Source: a virus
Taxonomy: Duplodnaviria > Caudoviricetes
Virus record (IMG/VR): IMGVR_UViG_3300033463_000020
Length of the DNA stretch: 64,000 nucleotides
Reading direction: 5' to 3' (one strand)
In this document: one piece after another, positions 1-10,400 of the stretch
How positions within the stretch are numbered: position 1 is the first letter of the stretch
How the letters are laid out: each line of letters starts with the position of its first letter
Program-made: the position numbers and the translations under genes
The notes under the pieces: generated by a model
The model's database searches: none
The model's input: only the letters and a program-made list of their open reading frames with translations
Told to the model about the DNA's origin: nothing

Positions 1-154
1 AATGAAATTGAATTCAAAGAATATCGTTTTTGACGAATGTGATGATGTTGAGGAAATGCGGCGGCTGGGCTACCAATTCGCACCGTTGTTACGCGTTGGA
101 GATAAGGTTATGGACTTTACACAAGCTATACAGTGGGTGAATAGGAGCGTATAA
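1..154 (+). CDS. Glutaredoxin/NrdH-like redoxin, 3' part (probably starts before the window)
   Basis: Frame from nt 2 reads MKLNSKNIVFDECDDVEEMRRLGYQFAPLLRVGDKVMDFTQAIQWVNRSV-TAA. This resembles the C-terminal half of phage glutaredoxin-like proteins and lies directly upstream of nrdD. The CxxC motif is not in the window. Confidence 0.6.
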   Translation, partial: MKLNSKNIVFDECDDVEEMRRLGYQFAPLLRVGDKVMDFTQAIQWVNRSV

Positions 155-156
155 TT

Positions 157-2175
157 ATGGACATTACATTAAAGTTAAATAAAGATTTTGAGCGCGCACT
201 GGACGCGTTACGTGAAGAATTTGGGGAAGAATTTGAGTACATTAATGGTATTCATCCCAGTCAGTTAGATTATTCCGAATTTCTACAGCAATTTACGGGA
301 CGCGATACCTTGGCAGATGCCACGATCGACCCCAACGCCAATGCTAACCATAGAGATATCCGGTCTTTTATGACGGAAAAAGGCAAGCCTTCAGATAAGC
401 TGTTCGGCCTAAGCAAAATTTTCTACGAGATTAAAAAGCAGTGGGGATTAAAAACAGCTAAAGAATGGCTCCGCCAGGAGTTTAGCCGCGGTTTCTATCT
501 GAACGACAGTGCGACAGCGTCGTTGTATCCGTATTGTTGGGCGCAAGACGTTACGCGTCTGGCTACGGAAGGCCTGTTTTTCCTGAACCACTACAACAAT
601 GAAGCGCCTCAGCATTTATTGACATTCTTCGATGATGTTATCGAGTTTATTTCATTCTTGTCTAATAGGCAGTCTGGCGCGGTAGGGTTGCCCAATGTCT
701 TAGTTTGGGCCTACTATTTTTGGAAGCATGATGTTGAAAACAACTATTACATTAAAGATCCCGAATATTATTTGCGGCAATCGTTCTAGAAGTTTATCTA
801 TAGGTTAAATCAGCCATTCCTGAGAATCGATCAAAGTGCCTTTACTAACGTTTCTATCTTTGATCGTCCGTATCTAGAATCGCTTTTTGGAGGCGTAGAA
901 TTTCCTGACGGATCCTTTGCTATTGATCATATCGAAGATCTGATTCATGTACAAGAAGTATTTATGGAAACGGTTTCCGAAATACGCAAGGTAAACATGT
1001 TTACATATCCTGTGCTAACTTTTTGCATCCTTAAAAAGCCCGGATTAACCGACGCAGATCGCGAGGCGATGATGCGCAATCGGCAGTGGGATCTATTTGT
1101 GGATGATAAGTTTGCCAGGTGGGCATCGAAGCACAATATGCAATGGTACGATTCGAACTTCTTCTTGTCGGACAATGTGGGCACCCTATCGAATTGCTGC
1201 CGACTTCTCAGCGACACTTCCAAGTTGGATGCTTTTATTAATAGTATTGGTGGCACCGCGCTTTCTGTTGGTAGTTGTCGTGTTAGCACTATCAATTTGG
1301 CGCGTATTGCTTATGAAGCCCTGGGCTATGATAAAAACGTTAATGTGGACCTTACCAAAATCGATCTGGAGAAGGCTAAACAGCGTTATTTAAAGATCCT
1401 AGAGGAGCGCACGCTACTTGACTGCAAGGCGCTGTTCAGTATGCGGCACATCTTGAAGCGGAATATCGAAAAGGGTCTATTGCCAAATTACTGTGACGGG
1501 GGCGTGGAACTAGACAAATAGTTCTGCACAATTGGCGCAATTGCGGCATATGAGGTTATGGATTTGTTTGGCTTGATTCAAACGGATGAGTTTGATAACA
1601 AGAGCTATTCAGACGGGGCTGTAGAATTTATGACCCAGATTTTGGATACCATTAACCGCGTCAAAGATTCCTTTGACTGTGATTACTCTATGAATTTGGA
1701 ATGCATTCCCGGCGAGAATTGTGCGGGCGTTATCTGTCAGGCTGACAATCTCTTGTTTAGACAGTCGCGTTATTTTATTTACAGCAATCAGTGGATACCG
1801 CTGATGGCTAAGTGTACTTTGCAAGAGAAGTGTCGGCTCGGGCATCTGTTCGATGAAAAATGTGGTGGTGGTACCATTGCACATATTAATGTCGAGAACA
1901 GATTCCCGAATGAGCAGGCGGCGTGGGACATGCTGAATTATGTTGCAGCATCTGGCGTTATTTATTCGGCATTCACTACTAAGATTAACGTATGTGAGCA
2001 CAAACACGCGAGCATAGGCACGAGTACGTGTCCAGAGTGTGGGGGTCCGATCGTTGACCAGTTTGCTCGTGTGGTAGGTTTTTATGTCCCTATTTCCAGT
2101 TATCAAAAGATTAGAAAACGGGAATTTGATTTACGGAAGTGGTATAACGTTTTGGAGTCCGAGAGGCTGTTTTAA
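157..2175 (+). CDS. nrdD: Anaerobic (class III) ribonucleoside-triphosphate reductase, 672 aa, 2 in-frame TAG
   Basis: ORFs 157, 964 and 1558 share one frame and are joined only by TAG (787, 1519). Motifs: QSGAVG, SNCCRL, C-terminal CEHKH..CPEC Zn site, RVVGFY glycyl-radical loop. The TAGs sit at usual Gln positions (F-Q-KFIY, LDK-Q-FCTIG). Confidence 0.95.
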
Positions 2176-2682
2176 GTGAAATTAAAGTTTTTAGTTGACG
2201 AGGACTGGAGTAATTATAAAATTTGTGCAATGTTCTTGGGGTTCCCATATTGTTCGTTTAAGTGTGAGCGCGAGTGCGGCTGTCCGGGGATATGCCAGAA
2301 CAGTCCATTGGCTCGGGCTCCAATTATTGAGGTCGACATAGATCGTATTGTCGCCCGTTATATGGACAACCCCATCTCCGGTGCTATCGTGTGTGGCGGT
2401 TTAGAACCTTTAGATTCGTGGTCGGAGTTGTTGGCGTTCGTGACTGCAGTGCGGCAGCAAACCACCGATCCGATTGTGATTTATACTGGATATTATGCCG
2501 ATGAAATTACAGAGTAGTTAGACACTCTTAAAACTTTTGAGAATATTATTGTAAAATTTGGGCGTTTTATTCCAAATCAACAATCGCGGTACGATGAGGT
2601 ATTGGGGGTAACCCTGGTTTCTAATAATCAATATGCAGTGTATCTTGGCAAGTCTACAAACGGAGGTACGAATGGAGCTTAA
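2176..2682 (+). CDS. nrdG: NrdG-like radical SAM activase, 1 in-frame TAG
   Basis: CSFKC..C motif and GGLEP. The frame continues past TAG 2515 through KFGRFIP..LGVTLVSNNQYA to TAA 2680-2682. Confidence 0.85.
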
Positions 2683-3796
2683 GCAATGTATCATGACCAA
2701 TTCGCGTTGCTATAAGGAAGGCGGGCGCATTGAGCCGCACATCGGTATCGTTGTGCACTCTACAGGGGTAAATAATCCCAATATAGCGCGCTATGTCCAA
2801 CCTAGCGACGACGATCCAAACAAAGACGCGATTATTGCAGATATCGGTAAAAATCGATATAGCAATGACTGGAATCACACTAACGTCAGTGCCGGAGTGC
2901 ATTGTTTCATAGGTAAAAATTTAGCAGGCGATGTTGAGTGCTATCAAGTATTGCCATGGAACAATGTGGCGTGGGGTGTCGCACGCGGTAAAATGCTGCC
3001 GAAGGGCTCTCCGTGCTATGCTGACTCCGCTCGGAAAGAAGTGGCATGCACAACCACCGAGGACAACTTACTGCCAGATGCGGTTTTTGCCACTTTGGAG
3101 AAGAGCGGCGTTGCGACCTGGCAGTACAAGGGACGGTCAGTTTATATCGAATATCGCGAGCTGGGTTCGTATAATTATGCGCCCACACCATACTTTCAGT
3201 TTGAGATCTGCGAGGATGGGCTAAAAGACGAAGCTTATTTTAGAAAATGTATGCAAACCGCACAGGAACTGTGCGCCTATTTATGCCAAACGTTTAATAT
3301 TCCGGTGGAACGGGTGGTTTCGCATCGCGAGGCATGGCTGCAAGGTTACGGAAGCGGTCATAGTGATCCGGATCATTGGCAAAAGCTGTTTGGTAAAGAT
3401 ATGAATTGGTTTAGAAGTGAGGTAACAAAACTAATGGGAACTACGACTTTCAAAGTTGGCGATAAGGTGAAATTTAAGTCCACGGCGATGACCTGGATTT
3501 CGGGAAGCACGATCCCTGCTTGGCTGAAGAGTTGGGAGCCGCTCTATGTTAGACAAATTGGTAGCGATGACACCAAGATTCTTGTATCGACTGTACCGAC
3601 TGGCGACGTAAGTGGCTGGGCTCGGGCTACAGACCTAGAGCTCTTGGAGCCCGCTGTTGATCCCACGCCGGAGCCGCAGCCGGAACCGGCCCCTGCGCCC
3701 ACGCCTGCACCTGTAGCGACCGAGCATTATAAAAAGCTCGCAGAACTGTATACGGCTATTGCTTCGGAGTTCCAGGCGATGGCCGACGGTAAATAA
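2672..3796 (+). CDS. Endolysin, N-acetylmuramoyl-L-alanine amidase (Amidase_2) with SH3-like C-terminal region
   Basis: VVHSTG, VHCFIG, QFEICED, SHREA..GSGHSDP Zn-amidase motifs. FKVGDKV..GW cell-wall-binding-like segment and Pro-rich linker. GGAGG RBS before ATG 2672. Confidence 0.85.
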   Translation: MELKQCIMTNSRCYKEGGRIEPHIGIVVHSTGVNNPNIARYVQPSDDDPNKDAIIADIGKNRYSNDWNHTNVSAGVHCFIGKNLAGDVECYQVLPWNNVAWGVARGKMLPKGSPCYADSARKEVACTTTEDNLLPDAVFATLEKSGVATWQYKGRSVYIEYRELGSYNYAPTPYFQFEICEDGLKDEAYFRKCMQTAQELCAYLCQTFNIPVERVVSHREAWLQGYGSGHSDPDHWQKLFGKDMNWFRSEVTKLMGTTTFKVGDKVKFKSTAMTWISGSTIPAWLKSWEPLYVRQIGSDDTKILVSTVPTGDVSGWARATDLELLEPAVDPTPEPQPEPAPAPTPAPVATEHYKKLAELYTAIASEFQAMADGK

Positions 3797-3847
3797 TTAT
3801 TCACATAACCGAGGGCAAAATCCTCGGAATTCTATACTTTTTGCACA

Positions 3848-3865
3848 ATAAAAAGAGGATTTTAT
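3848..3865. promoter_or_regulatory. ATAAAA-N6-TTTTAT palindrome, copy 1
   Basis: ATAAAA AGAGGA TTTTAT; the same arms and spacing recur at 17308, 51255 and 62865. Confidence 0.5.
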
Positions 3866-3897
3866 TGTGCGCATGGAGCCAAAAGGAGGGCTAAACT

Positions 3898-4236
3898 ATG
3901 CTGTATTATTCTAAGAAAACCAAACAAATGTACGAAACTGTCGAGGCGCTGGAGGAGGCCGAAAAAGCGTATGATGCTGAAATAGCAGAGCGTGAAAAAC
4001 AGGCCGCGGAAAGAAAGAGTCGTGCTGATGAGGTCCGGAAGGCTTATGAACACGCTCAAGAGGTCCGGCGCGCCGCGGCTGACATGATTACCAAGGCAGA
4101 TAAGGAATACTATGCTTTGCGTGATAAATTTGTACAGGATTATAAGGGTTTTCATTGGACGGTCTATGAAACGCAGACCGTCGATGATAATGTAATCAAT
4201 TTGCTAGGTCACACCCTGGCATCCTGGTTGCTTTAA
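3898..4236 (+). CDS. Hypothetical coiled-coil phage protein
   Basis: AGGAGG RBS, 112 aa, charged helical composition, TAA stop. Confidence 0.75.
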   Translation: MLYYSKKTKQMYETVEALEEAEKAYDAEIAEREKQAAERKSRADEVRKAYEHAQEVRRAAADMITKADKEYYALRDKFVQDYKGFHWTVYETQTVDDNVINLLGHTLASWLL

Positions 4237-4274
4237 TCTTGTAGAAAATCATAAAGTAAATTTTCTGCAACTTG

Positions 4275-4302
4275 GGGGGGTCTCGCTGCGGCGGGGCCCC
4301 CC
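4275..4302 (+). terminator. GC-rich hairpin (terminator or RNA-stability element)
   Basis: GGGGGGTCTCGC-TGCG-GCGGGGCCCCCC, intergenic, with no clear U-tract. Confidence 0.4.
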
Positions 4303-4442
4303 GATCATATCAATCTTACGATTGGAGGAGAGTACATGTATAAATTTCGATTTAAAGCACAGGATATACGCGTGTTCTCCTGTGACCGTAAAATTGTGTG
4401 GCCCCCAAAGGGCGTATTAAATAATGGGTGAGGTGAGAATAG

Positions 4443-7400
4443 ATGGCAGAGTTTTTTGATAGTATGGATGAAGTGCTGGCAGAATTACAGCGGCAAAATG
4501 CATTGCCAGATTTCGCCAATCCTACGGTGTCTTCTGGCCTGGGGGCTGGACGTGGTTTTGAAACAGAGAACGCTGAAAGCAGTTTAAGGAAGATTGAACA
4601 GGCCGCCAAGAAAGCACATGACGCTGGTTTAGAGGCGAGCACGGTATGGCATAAAGTTGAAAGTAAGCTGCAGCAACAAGGATATCGTATGGTTATTCGG
4701 CGGTCTCCACGTGGCCGCAATGAGTTTGAAATCTTTGCCGTACCTGACAATTTGTCCAAGTAGGAGCGTTAGGATATGAAGGTCTTGACCCAGTATCCCA
4801 ATCTCGTATGGAGTGGGCTGGAGAATGGGTTAAGTTCGCGCTATGGGCAGAAAACGATTGACCAGGGCCGATTAGATTATCTGGATGGTGCCCTGGCGTT
4901 TTATACCAATGCTACGCAATAGGCACAGGCAATTTTAAATCGTCTGACCAATCCGCGTGGCGGTAATAACACTAGGTATAATGATTATGCTAAGCTTGCG
5001 CGCAATGCCAAAAATGAGCTTGAGCGTCGTATTGCATAGCGTCATATTAAGAGTTCCGTTGCTAATGCAGAACGACATGCTAACTCTGGTTACAATGCTG
5101 TTAATAGTTATTAGACCGATGAGTTGTGGAAAATGATGCAGGGCACTGGTACGGCCCGCTCGATTGCGCAGCGCAAGTCTCTGGTAAGCATTTAGCCGAT
5201 GGTGGACTCTATATTGAATAAGGAATTCAAATAGATCATCTAGGCCTATACTAGGGCCAACCCATCGCGGCAACTAAGCAATTAGCAATTCAAAGCACGT
5301 GCCGAGCAGGATATTTTCCATACCCTATATTGGTATTTACAAAATCGTGCCGTGGACGCTTTAGAGAAAGAGTTGACCGAAGCTTCCTCAAAAGGCTGGA
5401 ACGCTGGTTATCTTTGGAAGAATCCGGAAATTCGTAAGGTCCTGCAAAATGCTGGTAGGCAATTGCACGGATTGGGGGCCGATGTCGGTCTCACCGGTGA
5501 GAGCTCGGCCAACCAAATGATGATAAACCTATTGCGGCACGGTGACATTGGGGTTTTCGGTTCACTGGGGGATAAGTCCGGCCGTAAACCTATGCAAGTG
5601 GCACAAATGCGTTAGCGGCAATAGAGAGCGCAAGAGGCTCTGGTAAAAGCGCTGATGAACTCCGCAACAAGCGGCGGTCTTTACGGCAAACGTCGTGTAT
5701 ATACAGGATGGGAGGTTGCCGCGGGGCTGGACAAGCTTGCGGAAGAATAGGCCCAGACCGGCGTTATGTTTGCCACGGCCGAGGAAATCCGCAAGGCGCA
5801 ACAGGCTCTCATGACGAGGGAAAAAAATAAGCGCAGCGCTGCTTCTGTGGGATATGGCAGTCTGCCGCACAATGGTGGTATTTTTTATAGCAAGGCATTG
5901 GGAGCAACTTTGGATAGTCACCAATAGCGATCAATGTCGGTATCTATGGAGGCTTTTAAGCGCGCGCAAGATAAGTTGGTCGATAAATTGCTGACCCCCG
6001 AAACGCGTGCCGATACTATTAAGAGCGTTGCCAAGTCGATTAAGGCTGGCGCAGCCCCACGAGCAGCATTTACACAATGGATGTCAACTTTTGCGCCGGA
6101 TCAGCGAATCGATCAGAAACAATTTTGGGAAGCCTTAGAGGCGCAAGAGTTCGCGGCAGCCTATTCCGAGGCGTTGTAGCGGCAAACTAGTCGCGAAATC
6201 CTTAGGAGTCAGAAGGGTATCAAGTTATCAACGGTCGGTGATCTCGCCCGGGTCATTGAACGGGATCCCATGGGTAAGGATCAGGTCACTATTGAATGGC
6301 TCGAAAAACACGCCATGCAGTCTGGTGAAAAACTATTGGGTGGGGCGCACTTTGTCAAGGGGCGCGCTAAAGAGATTGAAAATTTCCAGGAGTTAGCAGA
6401 GTAGATTTGGCTTGCTCGCGGGAAGAGCGCAACCACTGCGAGCAGATTGGCGAACAGGGTTGGGTTGCTGATGGAGCCCGAGAAGTTAACATCACGGAAT
6501 CCCGATGCTTTTTTGGCTGCATTCTTCGATGAGATCACTCGCGCCTTGGGAGGGGCGGGCGGTTCTCAAACACTCCTCAACTCGTTTATTGAGAGCGTCA
6601 ATTAGACAGTAGACGGAAAGAAGTGGCTTGAGCAGGAAGGTGACCATTGGAAGACGAATTTTGACCGTTTCGCGCGTCGGCCTGGTGATAGTGATGCGAA
6701 GATACAAGAGGCACTTCAGTCATATGTGACGCAGGTATAGCGCGGTTTGGCTGATGTGACGGAGCAACTCACCAAGAGGGCAGGCACACTCACCAATGAC
6801 ACTTTGAAAGCTGACGTCAATGCTCTAAATGATGAGCTAACTATGATGGGTCAAGCCTTAACGATCAAGGACGGTCAGCTGAAATATGACCCCAGCAAGT
6901 TCATCGGTGCCACGACCGTGGGGCAGCATCATGCCTATGACTATGGAGACCCGGGCCGCGCAGTACTCAACGCGGATTATCGTTTAATTGGTGCCATCAG
7001 CCGTGGTATTTTACGTAGTAACTTAGGAGGCACGACCTCTCCTGAGTATGCGCGCGCTCTATTGGGGCAGCGCAGTCGCAATGGCACGCCTAACGGGCAA
7101 TATGCCTGGCAGTTAGATTTGGATGCCAACGGCAACATTATAAACGCCGGTCAATTTGGCGGAACAGCGGAATCGCGTCGTGCTCATGAGCAGTGGGTGA
7201 AAAGTTTGGCTGCTGTTAATGATGTCAAACAATGGATGAATACACAGGGTGGTACCTGGACGGTTGCGAATTGGATGGCCAAAGGTAATCAAGACATTGT
7301 TTTGGGACATGGTCAGCTCGCGGAGTTTTTAGGTGCTCATGGTGTAGACGCCGGCGCGTTGTCAAAAAAGTAGCTCGCACAGCTCAAGAAACGTTACTTA

Positions 7401-10400
7401 GATGTGAGCGGCTTGCATGATGATTCGTTTGCGTATAAGGGCGAGTATGACGAGGGACATATGTCTGCTGCCGATTTCGCATCGAGTTTTGGGCGCATTG
7501 CGAAACTTGAAAAAGCAAATGCGGGGCGTTTGCTGTTTGTGCCTTTAACCGGAGGTATCGCCGGATCGAGCTTGGGAAAATAGTTGGTAACGAGCGCAAT
7601 CGCCCTGCCGCGTATGGACGCGCTGGGGGGCGCCGTAGAGACTATTTTAGCCAATGGGAACCGTGGTTATGATATCCCGGAACCATTGCGTATACTGCCA
7701 AGCCTTATCAATGCGTAGGATGACGTGCATTTTGCGCGAACTGGTCAACTATCAATCACACCTAAAGAGGCTTCCGAAGCTTTTACACAAGCCGCTTTTG
7801 AGAATATCGGACGAATGGTAGCCTCTGTGGAGTCGAAAAATGGTTCGGTGTGGCAGGCTGGCAATAAGGCGAAGCTATATCATTCCGCGATTCGGCACGC
7901 TACGGCGCCCGACGTCAAAGGGGGCGCCTGGGGCGCATTGGGTGATGTGGCTACTCGTATGAACCCCGAGGATCTCGAGGCCATGCTGAGCAAACAGGAC
8001 CCAGACCAAACCGATGCTCAATATCTATCGCAGTTACAAACATAGTACTATTATTTATATTCAAATTTAGTTGAAGATCCCAAAAAATTAGAGGACATGT
8101 GGTCTGCGGTGAGCAGCCGGTACAAAGGACGCGCAGCCCTGACGAAGCATCTTACAGAGCTTGTGACCCGGGGATCGGATGCTTTTAACGCTCGTGCAGA
8201 ACTGGCTCAGCATAAGAAAGTAGCATTACATGGATTGGCGGGATTCGGTCTTCGTTATCCGTTGTCGAATGCCGAAGATACGCGTGCTGCGGATATTTTT
8301 GCTGATTCCGAGTTGGTGTCCGGTGAGGTTGTGGCGGCGCTCGGTGCTGGTGCCGGGCAAAACCTGGACTTCGATGGTGACACATATGCTACTGTGCTGC
8401 AAATGTTGGGTACCAGCGATCCAGCAGAGCGCGCGAAACTGGTAGCGCAGATGGTTCGGCAGAATGAGGTAGACCAGAATCTAATGCGTCGCCAGGCCGA
8501 TGCGTTCCGTGCGGATTATGAGAAAGAGTTAAAATCGGGAGTATCCTTGGAATCCATTGCACGGGCCGAGGCGGGCGAAGTTGCAGCGGTTACATCACGT
8601 TTAAACAAGGGGTTCACGGGACGATTTAGTAACCAGTTTTAGGCGATATCAGAGGCGTTGTCGTTGAACGAGCCATGGGCTGATCGTGACACACCTATGA
8701 ATGCAGAGGAACGTGCTGCGTTCTTATAGAATCAGGTGGTTCGCGCAGTATATGAAAGCTTTACGCAAGACGCTATTTCCTCTAAAAAGGTGCGCGAGCG
8801 TATCGAGGACCGATACGGTTCGGCTTGGGCTGGCAACTCCGGATACCTCTCTGAGATGGACAAGTTGTACGAATTGATCCAGGGCAAGAATACTTATGCC
8901 GGTATTGAGAGCATCAAAGATTTGGTGACTTTGGCTCAGGATCTGAAGATTCTGGGTACTGATGACAAGGGCGGAGTGTTTGGTTGGCGGTTGAATTCAC
9001 AATTGCTGGCAAAAATGGACCAGTTCAGCGACGATGAGGTGGCAAAAGCGCTGGGTGTGTCAACGGATGTTGTACGCGCCTGGAAGGATCCCAGCAATCA
9101 AGCTGCCACTCTTGGACTCACTGGCGATCAGCTTGCGCGTCTTATAGATACGGTTAACACGCGTGTGAAACGTGACACAGGGTCGGATATTGGCGCCGTC
9201 ATTCGTGATAAGATGAACCGCGCGGGTGGTATTGATGCGACATCAAACCCCATCTATCGCGTTGGCACTGATATGGGCACGGAAGCCCAGTATGAGCGGG
9301 TTAAAGAAACGAATGCGGCTCTAGCAGAAGCCGGCGCGCAAGCCGGGGCCTTCGGCGAAGCCCTGAAAAAAGCCACAGTAGCTTTAGATACAGCCACAGA
9401 CGAAGTTAAGGAAAGCACGGCCGCAGCTCAAAAGCGCGATGACGTCCTGGAGAATCTGGAATACGCGTTGAAACACCGTGCCACAGATGCGCCCGTAGCT
9501 GTTACGAGCTTAACGAGTAGTTTAGCGGGGGGCAATTTTGCTTCTGCGCTGGATAAGGCCGCGTTTGAGGAGGCGCTTATCCTGGCGCATGCAGATAACC
9601 CCAACGCCATTTAGTCGCTCGAAGGTTATGACGCTGAGACTTTTAAAAAGTTTCGTAATAGCCTGCTTGGTTCACGTCGTGGTACCATCGCCGACCAAGT
9701 AGAACAATTGGTGAATACGTACGGTCTGGACACGAGCCAAGTTAACAGTGTTGACGACTTCATTAAATTAGTTGAGGCAGATCCGAATGCACGTCAGGAT
9801 CTATACGAGTATAATCCCTCCGAGCACGCTATTGGTTTGGGGGTACTTCTTGGCCGTGGTGACGAATCTATTTATGGCAAGGATAGCGACGCACTGAAAG
9901 CAGCGCAGCGCAATCGTGCGCTTCAAGAGGCGTTGTTTGGTACCGAGAATGTAGATGCTGACCAATGGTCTCAACTCGTTAAAGGTTTTAACTTAGCAGA
10001 GGCGTTACAGCGCATGGCTTACAATGTGGGTGGCTAGTTTATTGGTCATGAATTTGGTGTTGTAGGCGGCAATGGCGCAGGTAACGCTGCCGGATGGAAC
10101 CATGGTCGTATTGACCTTTTGATGAAGAGCGTCGGAACACGTTCCGATGGTTCTACATATAATATTCTAGACGTTTTTGATAAAAAGAGTGTCCCGAGTT
10201 TAAGTCAGCTAGATAAATATGGACCTGGACTAAATTATCTCGCGCAGGTTGCTGTGTATGCAGAGGATCTGCGGTAGTTATAGGCTTATATTAATAAACA
10301 TGGCATAAAAACGCTGGGGCAATTAAAAGATAATAAAGAGTATTATTAGAACGCATGGCTGGCCAAGGGTGGCCGCGAGATTGATGATGAAACGTTTGCG

